The notes under the pieces: model-generated
Told to the model about the DNA's origin: nothing
Database searches by the model: none
The model's input: the letters and a program-made list of their open reading frames with translations, nothing else
Assembly (NCBI GenBank): GCA_035301085.1
Contig: DATGUU010000024.1
Location: 6,210-70,209 of the forward strand
DNA: 64,000 bases
Source: Pseudogracilibacillus sp.
GTDB taxonomy: Bacteria > Bacillota > Bacilli > Bacillales > Amphibacillaceae
Reading direction: 5' to 3'
In this document: piece after piece, positions 40,010 to 54,493 of the stretch
How the letters are laid out: each line of letters opens with the position of its first letter
Position numbering within the stretch: position 1 is the stretch's first letter
Translations under genes and position numbers: made by a program

Positions 40010-42158
40010 ACCAGATTTTTCTAAAATTAAACCAATTATTGATTCTACACCAAATAAACCTGGTGAATTTCAAGCAAAAGAACCTATATCAACAAATGAA
40101 GGTATAGATATCAAGCGAATGTATACAAAAGAAGATATTAAAGATGTTGAGCATTTAAATGATTATCCGGGTATTGCCCCTAATACACGTGGACCATATC
40201 CAACAATGTATGTGGCAAGACCTTGGACAGTACGTCAATATGCTGGTTTTTCAACAGCAGAAGAGAGTAATGCATTTTATCGTCGTAACTTAGCGATGGG
40301 GCAAAAGGGATTATCAGTAGCATTTGACCTTGCAACCCACCGTGGTTATGATTCAGATCACGAACGAGTAACGGGTGATGTAGGTAAGGCAGGGGTAGCA
40401 ATTGATTCAGTTGAAGATATGAAAATTTTATTTGATGGTATTCCATTGGATCAAATGTCAGTATCGATGACGATGAATGGTGCTGTATTACCTATCTTGG
40501 CATTTTATATTATTGCAGCCGAAGAACAAGGTGTCTCACCAGATCAACTAGCTGGAACGATTCAAAATGATATTTTAAAAGAATATATGGTAAGAAATAC
40601 TTATATTTTCCCACCTGAAATGTCAATGCGTATTATTGCTGATATATTTGAATATACATCACAATATATGCCGCGTTTTAACTCAATTTCAATTTCGGGC
40701 TATCATATTCAAGAAGCGGGAGCAACAGCGGATATTGAATTAGCTTATACTTTAGCAGATGGTTTAGAATATGTACGTACGGGATTAAAAGCAGGAATAG
40801 ATATTGATTCATTTGCACCACGCTTATCGTTTTTCTGGGGAATTGGAAAGAACTATTATATGGAAATTGCTAAAATGCGTGCTGCAAGAAAGATATGGGC
40901 ACAAATGATGAGTACATTCGATCCGAAAAATCCGCGAGCACTTGCACTTAGAACGCATTCGCAAACATCTGGTTGGAGTTTAACAGAACAAGATCCATTT
41001 AATAACATTACGCGTACACTAATTGAAGCTAACGCGGCAGCCATGGGGCATACGCAATCTCTTCACACTAACGCACTAGACGAAGCAATTGCACTTCCAA
41101 CAGATTTCTCAGCACGAATTGCTCGTAACACACAGTTGTTCTTACAAGAAGAAACAAAAATGACTGATGTTGCAGATCCATGGGGTGGTTCGTATTATGT
41201 AGAAAAATTAACAGATGAGTTAATTGATAAAGCATGGGAGTTAATTGAAGAAGTCGAAGAATTAGGCGGAATGGCTAAAGCAATCGAAACAGGCCTACCT
41301 AAATTGAAAGTTGAAGAAGCGGCTGCAAAACGTCAAGCACAAATTGACTCAAAAGCTGAAGTTATTGTTGGAATGAACAAACATCAGCTTGAAGTAGAAG
41401 AACCAATCGATATTTTAGATATTGATAATACAGTTGTTCGCGAAAAACAAATTGAACGTATTCATAAAATGAAAGAAGAACGCGATGAAGATGTTGTTCA
41501 AGAAACGTTAAGAAAAGTAACAGAAGCAGCAAGAACTGGCGAAGCGAACCTTTTAACATGTGCAGTAGATGCAGCAAGAGCTCGTGCAACAATTGGTGAA
41601 ATTTCAGACGCAATTGAAGAAGTATCAGGTAGACATAAGGCGGTGATTAGAACAGTGAGCGGTGTATATAGCAGTAATTTCTCAGAGGATGAAGCAATTA
41701 ATGAAATGATTGAAATGACAGAAGAATTCTTAGAAAACGAAGGACGTCGTCCGCGTATATTAATTGCAAAGATGGGACAAGACGGACATGACCGTGGTGC
41801 TAAAGTTATTGCATCATCGTTTGCAGATCTTGGTTTTGATGTCGATGTTGGACCACTATTCCAAACACCTAAAGAAACAGCAGCTCAAGCAGTAGAAAAT
41901 GATGTTCATGTTATTGGTGTTAGTTCTCTTGCCGCAGGACATAAAACGCTTGTGCCTGAATTGAAAAAGGAACTCACAAAATTAGGGCGTGAAGACATAT
42001 TAATGGTTGTTGGTGGCGTTATTCCTGCCCAAGACTATGAACAATTACGTAAAGATGGTGCAGATGCTATTTTTGGACCAGGAACTGTCATTCCGGTTTC
42101 AGCTCAACTCGTTGTTGAGAAAATATATGAAAACCTCGGCTATGAGGAAGTGAAATAA
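40002..42158 (+). CDS. mutB: Methylmalonyl-CoA mutase large subunit (AdoCbl-dependent)
   Basis: [33 protein letters not shown]12-binding motif, SSLAAGH. Confidence 0.96.
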   Translation: MNKPDFSKIKPIIDSTPNKPGEFQAKEPISTNEGIDIKRMYTKEDIKDVEHLNDYPGIAPNTRGPYPTMYVARPWTVRQYAGFSTAEESNAFYRRNLAMGQKGLSVAFDLATHRGYDSDHERVTGDVGKAGVAIDSVEDMKILFDGIPLDQMSVSMTMNGAVLPILAFYIIAAEEQGVSPDQLAGTIQNDILKEYMVRNTYIFPPEMSMRIIADIFEYTSQYMPRFNSISISGYHIQEAGATADIELAYTLADGLEYVRTGLKAGIDIDSFAPRLSFFWGIGKNYYMEIAKMRAARKIWAQMMSTFDPKNPRALALRTHSQTSGWSLTEQDPFNNITRTLIEANAAAMGHTQSLHTNALDEAIALPTDFSARIARNTQLFLQEETKMTDVADPWGGSYYVEKLTDELIDKAWELIEEVEELGGMAKAIETGLPKLKVEEAAAKRQAQIDSKAEVIVGMNKHQLEVEEPIDILDIDNTVVREKQIERIHKMKEERDEDVVQETLRKVTEAARTGEANLLTCAVDAARARATIGEISDAIEEVSGRHKAVIRTVSGVYSSNFSEDEAINEMIEMTEEFLENEGRRPRILIAKMGQDGHDRGAKVIASSFADLGFDVDVGPLFQTPKETAAQAVENDVHVIGVSSLAAGHKTLVPELKKELTKLGREDILMVVGGVIPAQDYEQLRKDGADAIFGPGTVIPVSAQLVVEKIYENLGYEEVK

Positions 42159-43240
42159 TGACAAATCACCCTAATGAATTTGTAAAAAATAGTGCCATGC
42201 ATGTGATGGATGGGTTACCAAGTTCACATGATGGCCGAAAAAAGTCAAAACGAAGAAGATTTGTAAAAAAAAATCGTGATATCTCAGTTGATGACTTATT
42301 TACAAAAATTAAAGCCGGATCGCGTCTTGATTTAGCTAAAGGGATTACTTTACTTGAAAGTATTGCAAGTCATGATAAAAAATCAGCTCAAGAACTTTTG
42401 TTAAAAGCATTGCCACACACTGGTAAGAGTATTCGAATCGGTATTACAGGTGTACCTGGAGCTGGAAAGAGTACGTTTATTGAAAGTTTTGGTTCATTAT
42501 TAAGTGAGCTTGGTTTTAAAGTTGCTGTATTAGCAATCGACCCTAGTTCTTCATTAACAGGTGGAAGTATTTTAGGAGATAAAACACGTATGGAAAATCT
42601 TGCTGGTGACCCAAATGTGTTTATTAGACCCTCACCAACATCAGGAACTTTAGGTGGAGTTCACAGAAAAACACGCGAAACAATGTTACTTTGTGAATCG
42701 GCAGGCTATGATGTTATTTTGATAGAAACTGTTGGTGTTGGTCAAAGTGAAACGGCTGTTAGAAATATGGTTGATTTCTTTATGCTCCTTGCTTTAACAG
42801 GAGCTGGTGATGACTTGCAAGGTATGAAAAAAGGGATTATGGAACTAACTGATTTAATTGTAGTTAATAAAGCAGATGGAGCTAACGAACGTCCAGCTAA
42901 AAGAACGATGCGTGAATATCGTCAAATACTTCATGTCCTACAACCAGCTTCACCCGATTGGAGTTCAACAGCAACTGTTGTCTCATCAATTAATCGGACA
43001 GGATTTGAACGTGTTTGGGAAATTATTCTTGAATTTAAAGAAACAATGCAAAAAAATAATTATTGGGAAACACGTCGCGAAGAACAAACAAGCGATTGGT
43101 TTAAAGCCATGATTAAAGATCGTTTAATCGAAAGTTTTTATAATGAACCAGGTAGAAAAGAAGAAGTTAGTAAATTGGAATTAGAATTATTAGAAGGAAA
43201 ATTAACTGTGGCAGCAGCAGTTGATAAACTATTTGAATAA
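42158..43240 (+). CDS. meaB: Mutase-associated GTPase chaperone
   Basis: [33 protein letters not shown]. Confidence 0.94.
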   Translation: MTNHPNEFVKNSAMHVMDGLPSSHDGRKKSKRRRFVKKNRDISVDDLFTKIKAGSRLDLAKGITLLESIASHDKKSAQELLLKALPHTGKSIRIGITGVPGAGKSTFIESFGSLLSELGFKVAVLAIDPSSSLTGGSILGDKTRMENLAGDPNVFIRPSPTSGTLGGVHRKTRETMLLCESAGYDVILIETVGVGQSETAVRNMVDFFMLLALTGAGDDLQGMKKGIMELTDLIVVNKADGANERPAKRTMREYRQILHVLQPASPDWSSTATVVSSINRTGFERVWEIILEFKETMQKNNYWETRREEQTSDWFKAMIKDRLIESFYNEPGRKEEVSKLELELLEGKLTVAAAVDKLFE

Positions 43241-43244
43241 AAAT

Positions 43245-43281
43245 AAAACAGCTCAATGTATTATTGTTGAGCTGTTTTTTT
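43245..43281 (+). terminator. Intrinsic terminator after meaB
   Basis: AAAACAGCTCAA...TTGAGCTGTTTTTTT. Confidence 0.8.
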
Positions 43282-43296
43282 AAAAACAGTTAAAAA

Positions 43297-43339
43297 TGTA
43301 AGGCTTTTCATTGCGTTATAACTCAATATGTTTTACTAT
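43297..43339 (+). promoter_or_regulatory. Putative fadN promoter with adjacent cre-like site
   Basis: TGTAAGGCTTTTCA (43297-43310), then TTGCGT-17 bp-TACTAT. Confidence 0.5.
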
Positions 43340-43383
43340 GTATATAAGAGCTAAAATGTAAGAGGTATTTTTTTTACTTATAT

Positions 43384-43403
43384 ATGAATGATGATTCATT
43401 CAA
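43384..43403 (+). promoter_or_regulatory. FadR (YsiA) box
   Basis: ATGAATGATGATTCATTCAA, versus Bacillus consensus WTGAATGAMTANTCATTCAN, upstream of fadN. Confidence 0.8.
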
Positions 43404-43426
43404 ATGAAACTTAAGGAGGATTATTA

Positions 43427-45832
43427 ATGAGTCATAAAATTAAACGTGCAGCAGTACTTGGTTCGGGTGTTATGGGTTCGGGAATTGCAGCTCATTTAGC
43501 AAATGTTGGTATACCAACAATCATGCTTGATGTTGTTCCAAGAGAATTAACAAAAAAAGAAGAAATGAATGGATTAACATTAGAAGATAAAGAAGTACGC
43601 AATCGAATTGCTAATGAAAGCAAAAAGGCCTTACTAAAACAACGCCCCTCTCCAATTACATCAAAGCGAAGTTTAGAGCTAATTGAAACCGGTAACATGG
43701 AAGACGATATGTCTAAATTAAAAGACGTTGATTGGATAATTGAGGTTGTAGTAGAAAAATTAGAAATTAAAAAACAAGTTTTTGCAAAAGTTGACAAGCA
43801 TCGTACAGCAGGAACAATTGTATCATCAAATACTTCAGGTATTTCAATTGAAGCAATGATTGAAGACTGTTCTGAAGATATGAAGAAGCACTTTTTAGGA
43901 ACACATTTCTTTAATCCGCCTCGTTATTTAAAATTACTTGAAGTGATTCCAACTCAACATACAAATGAAAGCGTTTTAAACTTCATGAAACAATTTGGTG
44001 AAGATGTATTAGGAAAAGGTGTTGTTGAAGCAAAAGACACACCAAACTTCATTGCAAATAGAATTGGAACATACGGTTTATTAGTAACTGTACAAGAAAT
44101 GTTAAAAGCAAATTTAAGTATCAGTCAAGTTGATTCTGTCACAGGTCCATTAATTGGGAGACCTAAAAGTGCAACATTTAGAACACTTGATGTTGTCGGT
44201 TTAGATACGTTTATTAGTGTCGCTGACAATGTACATCAACAAGTAACAGGTGATGAACAAAAAGTATTTGAAGTACCAGAGTTTATGAAGCAAATGGCTG
44301 AAAAAGGTTGGCTAGGTGCAAAAACTAAAAAAGGTTTTTTTGAAAAAGTCCGCGGAGAAAAAGGCAGCGAAATCTTAGAGTTAAATCCTGAGACATTAGA
44401 ATATGAACCACGCAAACGTCTTCAAACGCCAGCAACCGAAATGGCTAATCAGCAAAAAGGACCTGGAAATAAAATCAAAACGCTCATTTCACAAAAAGGT
44501 GATGAAGCAAGCGATTTTATATGGTCGATTATTAAGCCAGTCTTAATCTATTCAGCTGAACTAGTAGGTGAAATTGCTGATGATATTTTAGCTATTGATC
44601 AAGCAATGAAATGGGGCTTTGGCTGGACGATGGGACCATTTGAAATTTGGGATGCTATTGGTATTAAAAAATCGGTTGAGCGTATGAAAGCTGATGGCGA
44701 TACTGTTCCAGATTGGATTATTGAACTCGCTCAAAAAGAAGATGCGGCATTTTACCGTGTCACCGAAGATAAAGTTGAATATCTCATAAATAATGAATAT
44801 AAAGAACAAGTTTTCAATGAAAAAGAAATTGATTTAAAAAGACTAAAAGCAAAAAATGGAGTCATTAAAAAGAATTCAGGCGCAAGTTTAATTGATTTAG
44901 GAGATGGCGTGTTAGTTTTAGAGTTCCATTCTCAAAGTAATGCTTTAGGACTTGATTCTATCCAAATGATTAATTATGCGATAGACGAAATAGAGAGAAA
45001 TCCAGAATATAAAGGGTTAGTTATAGGTAATCAAGGAAAGAATTTCTGTGTAGGTGCAAACATCGGACTTATGTTAATGGAAGCACAAGATGATAACTTC
45101 TTTGAATTAGACATGGTAATCAAGCAATTCCAAAACATGGCTATGAAAATCAAATACTCTGAAAAACCAGTCGTTACTGCACCATTTCAAATGGCAGTAG
45201 GTGGTGGAGCTGAAGTGACATTACCGGCTGCAGCTGTCCAGGCTTCACAAGAAGCATATATTGGACTTGTTGAAGTAGGTGTAGGATTAATTCCAGGTGG
45301 TGGCGGAACTAAAGAACTTTATTTGAAAATGCTACGTGGCATGCCAAAGGGACTTAATTTTGATTTACAACAAGTAACTAATGCTGTCTTTGAAAGAATT
45401 GCAACAGCACAAGTGGCTACGTCTGCAGAAGAAGCAAGAGAATTAGGTTATTTAGATAATAATGATGGGATTAGTGTGAATCCAGATCATTTACTATATG
45501 ATGCTAAACAAAAAGTCTTATCACTTGCACTGGCGGGTTATAAAGCACCTCAAAGAGAGAAGATTCCAGTTGTGGGTGATGCAGGTTATGCAACTATGTT
45601 ACTTGGAGCTGAAGGACTTCGCTTAAGTGGATATGCATCAGATCATGATTTAAAAATCGCAGAGAAGTTAGCTTATGTTCTTTCAGGTGGTCGTATTAAA
45701 GAGGGCAGCTATATTGATGAACAAGTTATGTTAGATCTAGAGCGTGAAGCGTTCTTAAGTCTAATTGCTGAACCAAAAACACAAATGAGAATGCAACATA
45801 TGTTACTTAAAGGAAAACCGTTAAGAAATTAA
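43427..45832 (+). CDS. fadN: 3-hydroxyacyl-CoA dehydrogenase/enoyl-CoA hydratase
   Basis: GSGVMGSGIAAH, SNTSG, THFFNPP, GGGAE, EVGVGLIPGGGG, KPLRN end. Confidence 0.93.
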   Translation: MSHKIKRAAVLGSGVMGSGIAAHLANVGIPTIMLDVVPRELTKKEEMNGLTLEDKEVRNRIANESKKALLKQRPSPITSKRSLELIETGNMEDDMSKLKDVDWIIEVVVEKLEIKKQVFAKVDKHRTAGTIVSSNTSGISIEAMIEDCSEDMKKHFLGTHFFNPPRYLKLLEVIPTQHTNESVLNFMKQFGEDVLGKGVVEAKDTPNFIANRIGTYGLLVTVQEMLKANLSISQVDSVTGPLIGRPKSATFRTLDVVGLDTFISVADNVHQQVTGDEQKVFEVPEFMKQMAEKGWLGAKTKKGFFEKVRGEKGSEILELNPETLEYEPRKRLQTPATEMANQQKGPGNKIKTLISQKGDEASDFIWSIIKPVLIYSAELVGEIADDILAIDQAMKWGFGWTMGPFEIWDAIGIKKSVERMKADGDTVPDWIIELAQKEDAAFYRVTEDKVEYLINNEYKEQVFNEKEIDLKRLKAKNGVIKKNSGASLIDLGDGVLVLEFHSQSNALGLDSIQMINYAIDEIERNPEYKGLVIGNQGKNFCVGANIGLMLMEAQDDNFFELDMVIKQFQNMAMKIKYSEKPVVTAPFQMAVGGGAEVTLPAAAVQASQEAYIGLVEVGVGLIPGGGGTKELYLKMLRGMPKGLNFDLQQVTNAVFERIATAQVATSAEEARELGYLDNNDGISVNPDHLLYDAKQKVLSLALAGYKAPQREKIPVVGDAGYATMLLGAEGLRLSGYASDHDLKIAEKLAYVLSGGRIKEGSYIDEQVMLDLEREAFLSLIAEPKTQMRMQHMLLKGKPLRN

Positions 45833-45852
45833 TTGAAAGGGGAGGAATTATC

Positions 45853-47028
45853 GTGAAAGAAGCAGTTATTGTTTCAGGAGCTAGAACACCAGTCGGAAGA
45901 GCAAATAGAGGATCACTTGCACATACACGTCCAGATGATTTAGCAGCAGCAACATTAAAAGAAACGTTAAAACGTGCAGATAATTATGATGGAGCTATTG
46001 ATGATGTCATTATCGGGAATGCGATGCCAGAAGCTGAACAAGGTATGAACATGGCAAATAATATTGCTGGCTTAGCTGGTTTAAGTACAGATACACCAGC
46101 AATAACGATTAATCGTTATTGTTCATCAGGCTTGCAAAGTATTGCTTATGGTGCAGAACGTATTATGCTTGGACAAAGCGATACAATTATTGCAGGTGGA
46201 GCAGAATCAATGAGTTTAATTCCAATGGGAGGTCATGTGATAAGACCAAACCCAACACTTGTTACTCAAGCACCAGAATATTATATGGGAATGGGTCATA
46301 CCGCTGAAGAAGTAGCAAAAAAATTCTCTATCTCAAGAGCAGATCAAGATGCGTTTGCAGCTGAAAGTCATAAACGTGCAGCAGCAGCCATCAAAGCGGG
46401 TAAATTTAATGATGAAATTGTTCCTTATGAAATTGTTGAGCGTGTTGTAGGAAAAGATGGAAAAATTGTTGAAGTAAAGAAAATGTTTGAAATGGATGAA
46501 GGTGTCCGTGAAGGAACAACACCTGAAATTTTAGCTAATTTAAGACCAGCATTTTCAACAACAGGATCAGTTACAGCAGGAAATTCATCACAAATGAGTG
46601 ATGGTGCTGCAACAGTGTTGTTAATGGATCGCGAAAAAGCAGAGGCAGAAGGGTTAGTACCACAACTTAAGTTCCGTTCATTTGCTGTAGCAGGTGTCCC
46701 ACCTGAAATTATGGGAGTAGGTCCAGTTGAAGCGATTCCTAAAGCACTTAAACTTGCTGGATTAAAAATTGAAGATATTGGTTTGTTTGAACTAAACGAA
46801 GCATTTGCATCGCAATCACTACATGTTATTAATACATTAAAATTAGATCAAAATAAAGTAAATGTAAATGGTGGTGCGATTGCATTAGGCCATCCACTAG
46901 GTATGACAGGAACAAAACTAACATTAAGTATTATGCATGAAATGAAACGCCAAAATGTACAATTCGGTGTCGTTACAATGTGTATCGGTGGCGGTATGGG
47001 TGCAGCAGGCGTATTTGAATTAATTTAA
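45853..47028 (+). CDS. fadA: Acetyl-CoA acyltransferase (thiolase)
   Basis: NRYCSSG, NEAFA, GHPLG, MCIGGGMG. Confidence 0.95.
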   Translation: MKEAVIVSGARTPVGRANRGSLAHTRPDDLAAATLKETLKRADNYDGAIDDVIIGNAMPEAEQGMNMANNIAGLAGLSTDTPAITINRYCSSGLQSIAYGAERIMLGQSDTIIAGGAESMSLIPMGGHVIRPNPTLVTQAPEYYMGMGHTAEEVAKKFSISRADQDAFAAESHKRAAAAIKAGKFNDEIVPYEIVERVVGKDGKIVEVKKMFEMDEGVREGTTPEILANLRPAFSTTGSVTAGNSSQMSDGAATVLLMDREKAEAEGLVPQLKFRSFAVAGVPPEIMGVGPVEAIPKALKLAGLKIEDIGLFELNEAFASQSLHVINTLKLDQNKVNVNGGAIALGHPLGMTGTKLTLSIMHEMKRQNVQFGVVTMCIGGGMGAAGVFELI

Positions 47029-47054
47029 TTTTAAAATTTGAAAGGATGATAATT

Positions 47055-48830
47055 ATGAGTGAGAAATTATTTTTAGGTGGATCATTTTTAACACAGGATT
47101 TTACTGGAGAAGATGTCTTAACACCAGAAGATTTTAATGAAGAACATAAAATGATTGCTAAAACAACAGAAGATTTTGTAAGTAAAGAGGTATCGCCACT
47201 GATTGATAAGTTAGAAAATCATGAATTTGAGCATTCGGTGAAATTACTAAAAAAAGCAGGAGATTTAGGTCTCTTAAGTGCAGATATACCTGCTGAATAT
47301 GGTGGGTTAGAGTTAGACAGAATTAGTTCATCATTAATCACTGAAAAGTTTGCACCGGCTGGAGGTTTTTCCATAACTCATGGTGCACACGTTGGAATAG
47401 GCTCTTTGCCAATTGTGTTCTTCGGTAATCATGACCAAAAATCACAATACTTACCAAAACTAGCAACAGGTGAAAAGATTGCAGCATATGCTTTAACAGA
47501 GCCAGGCTCAGGTTCTGATGCCTTAGGTGCTAAAACAACAGCAGTATTAAACGAAGCGGGTACACATTATGTTTTAAATGGTGAAAAACAATGGATTACA
47601 AACTCTGACTTTGCGGATGTATTTGTTGTTTATGCTAAAATTAATGGTGAAGATTTCTCAGCATTTATTGTAGAGCGCGAATTTCCAGGTGTATCAGTTG
47701 GACCAGAAGAGAAGAAAATGGGTATTAAGAGTTCTTCAACAAGAACATTAGTTTTAGAAGACGCAGAGGTACCTGTTGAAAATCTTCTAGGTGAACAAGG
47801 ACGCGGACATATCATTGCATTTAACATCCTTAATGTCGGTCGTTATAAATTAGCAATTGGTAGTGTTGGTGGAGCTAAACGCGGCTTAGAATTATCAGCA
47901 AACTATGTTAATCAGCGTAAACAATTTAATACACCAATCTCTAGCTTTACTTTAACACAAGAAAAGCTAGCTAATATGGCGACAGGTATTTATGCTAATG
48001 AGAGTGCGGTATATCGTACAGTCGGTTTATTTGAACAACGCATGGGTGCTTTATCAGCTGAAGAGTTTAAAAATGGTCGTGAAGTAGCAGCTGCAATTGC
48101 AGAATACCAAATAGAGTGTTCGATGAATAAGTATACAGCGACTGAAATGTTAGATTATGTGGTTGATGAAGCTGTTCAATTACATGGTGGTTATGGCTTT
48201 ATGGCTGAGTATGAAGTTGAGCGTATGTACCGTGATTCAAGAATTAACCGAATTTTTGAAGGAACAAATGAAATTAATCGCTTAATTGTTCCAGGTACAC
48301 TTATTAAAAAAGCAATGAAAGGTGAATTACCTCTTCTTGAGCAAGCACAAGGGTTACAAGAAGAACTTCTGATAATGATGCCAGAAGAAGTTGGTAGTGA
48401 AGCATTAGATCAAGAAAAAAACTTGCTTAAAAATGCGAAGAAAATTGTCTTACTTGGAGCAGGACTTGCTGCACAAAAATATATGCAAAAATTAGAAAAC
48501 GAACAAGAAATTTTATCTAATTTAGCAGATATGACAGCAGATGTGTTTAACATGGAAGCAGCTATTTTAAGAACAGAAAAAGCAATTACAAAAGATGGCG
48601 AAGCTAAAAGTAATCAAAAATTACTTTATACTCAAGTTTATACACAAGAAGCGTTTAATCGAATTGAAGCACATGCAAAAGAAATTTTAATAGCGGTTGA
48701 AGAAGGCGATAATTTACGTATGATGTTATCTTCACTTCGTAAATTAACACGCCATACACCAACTAATGTTATCGCTAAGAAACGTGAAATTGCAAAAGCG
48801 ATAATTGATAAAGAAGCATACGTTTTATAA
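47055..48830 (+). CDS. fadE: Acyl-CoA dehydrogenase
   Basis: [38 protein letters not shown] 47055 fits the RBS better than 47046. Confidence 0.93.
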   Translation: MSEKLFLGGSFLTQDFTGEDVLTPEDFNEEHKMIAKTTEDFVSKEVSPLIDKLENHEFEHSVKLLKKAGDLGLLSADIPAEYGGLELDRISSSLITEKFAPAGGFSITHGAHVGIGSLPIVFFGNHDQKSQYLPKLATGEKIAAYALTEPGSGSDALGAKTTAVLNEAGTHYVLNGEKQWITNSDFADVFVVYAKINGEDFSAFIVEREFPGVSVGPEEKKMGIKSSSTRTLVLEDAEVPVENLLGEQGRGHIIAFNILNVGRYKLAIGSVGGAKRGLELSANYVNQRKQFNTPISSFTLTQEKLANMATGIYANESAVYRTVGLFEQRMGALSAEEFKNGREVAAAIAEYQIECSMNKYTATEMLDYVVDEAVQLHGGYGFMAEYEVERMYRDSRINRIFEGTNEINRLIVPGTLIKKAMKGELPLLEQAQGLQEELLIMMPEEVGSEALDQEKNLLKNAKKIVLLGAGLAAQKYMQKLENEQEILSNLADMTADVFNMEAAILRTEKAITKDGEAKSNQKLLYTQVYTQEAFNRIEAHAKEILIAVEEGDNLRMMLSSLRKLTRHTPTNVIAKKREIAKAIIDKEAYVL

Positions 48831-48836
48831 TTAAAC

Positions 48837-48870
48837 ATAAAAAGACGACTAGAAATAGTCGTCTTTTTAT
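48837..48870 (+). terminator. Intrinsic terminator after fadE
   Basis: ATAAAAAGACGACTA-GAAA-TAGTCGTCTTTTTAT. Confidence 0.88.
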
Positions 48871-48944
48871 ATTTTATGACTAATCATTCGAAGAGTTATG
48901 TTAAGTTTGTTATAATCATAGTAGATTTATGAGGAGGTTTCACT

Positions 48945-49313
48945 ATGCCATTTAAAAGAAAGCTGTATTTGTATCCAAACTGTAGTACGTGTAGAAATGC
49001 GAAGAAATGGTTAGAAGCAGCAAATATTGATTTTACAACGATAGATATTGTAAAAGAAACACCGACTAAAGATGAAATTAAAAAGTTGTTTGAATTAAGT
49101 GATTTAGAACCGAAAAAGTTTTTTAACACAAGCGGAAAAGTATATCGAGAAAAAAACTTAAAAGAAGTTATTCCAACAGCATCACTAGATGAAATGGCTG
49201 AATTACTTGCTGGAAATGGCATGTTGATTAAACGACCAATCTTAACTGATGAAAAAAAAGTAACAGTTGGCTTTAAAGAAGCAGAGTATGAAGAAGTGTG
49301 GAAAGACAACTAA
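48945..49313 (+). CDS. yusI: ArsC/Spx family protein (YusI-like)
   Basis: [22 protein letters not shown]; synteny fadE-yusI-gcvH. Confidence 0.8.
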   Translation: MPFKRKLYLYPNCSTCRNAKKWLEAANIDFTTIDIVKETPTKDEIKKLFELSDLEPKKFFNTSGKVYREKNLKEVIPTASLDEMAELLAGNGMLIKRPILTDEKKVTVGFKEAEYEEVWKDN

Positions 49314-49330
49314 ATTGGAGGGGGTTAACT

Positions 49331-49708
49331 ATGAGTTTACCAACGGAATTATATTACACAAAAAGTCACCACTGGGTAAGAAGTGAAGGTAGTGATTTAA
49401 GAATTGGTTTAACAGACTTTGGCCAAGATGATTTAGGTAAGATTGCATTTGTTGAATTGCCAGAATTAGGTGAAACAATCACAGCAGGCGAACCATTTGG
49501 TAGCATTGAATCAGAAAAAACAGTGTCAGAACTATATGCACCTGTTAGTGGAACTGTTGTTGAAGTTAATGAAGCACTTGAATCAAATCCTGAACTTATT
49601 AACGAATCACCTTATCAAAAAGCATGGATGATTGTTATTGAAGCATCAGATGAAGATGAGTTAGATACCTTACTATCTGCTGAGGAGTATCAAACGCATA
49701 TTGAATAA
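49331..49708 (+). CDS. gcvH: Glycine cleavage system H protein (lipoyl carrier)
   Basis: [18 protein letters not shown] lipoyl-Lys motif; ATG 49331 after GGAGG. Confidence 0.92.
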   Translation: MSLPTELYYTKSHHWVRSEGSDLRIGLTDFGQDDLGKIAFVELPELGETITAGEPFGSIESEKTVSELYAPVSGTVVEVNEALESNPELINESPYQKAWMIVIEASDEDELDTLLSAEEYQTHIE

Positions 49709-49788
49709 TAATATGATTAAAATAAAAAGCTGAAGTGTTTTTTTATGCTACAGCTTTTTAGTTTTTTATTAAATAAAGGATGTTACGA

Positions 49789-50154
49789 ATGACTGAATTC
49801 ATTAAAAAAATTATAATCGTTGAAGGAATTACGGATAAACAACAAATCAAACCATTATTAAATGAAGAAGTCATCATCTTATGTACACATGGTACATTTG
49901 CTATTGAACGATTTGATTATTTGTTAGAGACTTATCAATTAGATGATCATGATGTTTATATCTTTGTTGATGAAGATGAATCAGGAAAAATGTTAAGAAG
50001 TGAATTAAGACGTGAATTACCACAAGCAACACATATCCACACAAATCCTCATTACGAAGAAGTTGCGAATACACCAAAAGATATATTAGCAAATATTCTT
50101 CTTGAGCATCACTTTAAAGTTATTCCAATTTATTTGTTTTTAAAAAGAAGGTGA
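49789..50154 (+). CDS. yusF: Toprim domain protein (YusF-like)
   Basis: IIVEGITDK, FVDEDESG. Confidence 0.75.
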   Translation: MTEFIKKIIIVEGITDKQQIKPLLNEEVIILCTHGTFAIERFDYLLETYQLDDHDVYIFVDEDESGKMLRSELRRELPQATHIHTNPHYEEVANTPKDILANILLEHHFKVIPIYLFLKRR

Positions 50155-50465
50155 ACGTATTGATAAAAGCTGACAAAGACTTATTAAATAAAGATGATTA
50201 TTTACTTTATATAGAAACGCCTTTTTGTGGAACGTGCTATTTTGCAAAAAAGATTTTAGAAGAAATTGAACTTAAATTAAAGAAAGAGATTTTTTACGAA
50301 ATCAATGCATCATTCCATCCAAGTTTTATGCAAGAAGCAAAAGTTGAAAGTGTACCGTGTCTATTAATTAAAGAAAACGGGGAAATAAAAGACCGAATTT
50401 ACACATTTCATTCGGTTCCTTTTATGGTAAAAGAAGTTTTATCTTACCCATCATTAGTCGTTTAA
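50151..50465 (+). CDS. yusE: Thioredoxin-like protein (YusE-like)
   Basis: TPFCGTC, ESVPCLL. Confidence 0.72.
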   Translation: MNVLIKADKDLLNKDDYLLYIETPFCGTCYFAKKILEEIELKLKKEIFYEINASFHPSFMQEAKVESVPCLLIKENGEIKDRIYTFHSVPFMVKEVLSYPSLVV

Positions 50466-50694
50466 TTAGCAAAGTCTAATTGAGAATATAAGACAAATAA
50501 AACGGTCAATAAACAATGCAATAAGCTAAAAAAACTATTATAACCTAATCGTTAGAAAACTTTATCTAACTTGCTTTTGAAGATGTAAACAAGTCGGATA
50601 GGTTGATATTTAACAGATTATAGCTTAAGATTATAATGAGAATAATATGAGAATAAGTGAAAGTAATTTAAAATAAATTTTGGGGGTATCTTTT

Positions 50695-51483
50695 ATGTCA
50701 GAAAAAAAATTAGTCATTAAAGATTTACATGTTTCAATTGAAGGTAAAGAAATATTAAAAGGAATTAATTTAACAATAAACGGCGGTGACTTTCACGCTG
50801 TAATGGGACCAAATGGTACAGGTAAATCAACACTTGCATCTGCTATTATGGGACATCCATCATATGAAATCACACAAGGTTCAATTGAATTAAATGGAGA
50901 AGATGTTTTAGATATGGAAGTGGACGAGCGTGCTCGTGCAGGTTTATTTTTAGGGATGCAGTACCCAAGTGAAGTAACAGGGGTTACTACATCAGAATTC
51001 CTGCGTACATCAGTAAACGCACGTCGTGAAAAAGGTGATGAAATTTCTCTAATGAAATTTATCCGCGAAATGGATGGCGCAATGGAAGATCTTGAAATGG
51101 ATCCAAAAATGTCTCAGCGTTACCTTAATGAAGGATTCTCTGGTGGAGAAAAGAAACGTAATGAGATTTTACAAATGATGATGATAAAACCAGACTTTGC
51201 TATTTTAGATGAAATCGACTCTGGTTTAGATATAGATGCTTTAAAGATTGTAGCAAACGGTATTAATAAGTTACGTGAAGAGCAATCATTAGGTTGTTTA
51301 GTAATCACTCACTATCAGCGTTTATTAAACTACATTGAACCAGACCACGTACACGTAATCATGCAAGGTCGTATTGTTAAATCAGGCGGACCAGAGCTTG
51401 CTAAGAAGCTTGAAGCAGAAGGTTACGAGTGGGTTAAAGAAGAATTAGGTATTGAAGATGTTAGAGTAGGTCAAAACGCATAA
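50695..51483 (+). CDS. sufC: Fe-S assembly ATPase
   Basis: GPNGTGKST, QYPSE, FSGGEKKRNE, LDEIDSGLDID. Confidence 0.96.
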   Translation: MSEKKLVIKDLHVSIEGKEILKGINLTINGGDFHAVMGPNGTGKSTLASAIMGHPSYEITQGSIELNGEDVLDMEVDERARAGLFLGMQYPSEVTGVTTSEFLRTSVNARREKGDEISLMKFIREMDGAMEDLEMDPKMSQRYLNEGFSGGEKKRNEILQMMMIKPDFAILDEIDSGLDIDALKIVANGINKLREEQSLGCLVITHYQRLLNYIEPDHVHVIMQGRIVKSGGPELAKKLEAEGYEWVKEELGIEDVRVGQNA

Positions 51484-51506
51484 ACGGTTAGGAGGGGGTT
51501 TATTCA

Positions 51507-54461
<2,955 letters not shown>

Positions 54462-54493
54462 ATTGTACGAAAAAATATAAGGAGGTTTTTGAT

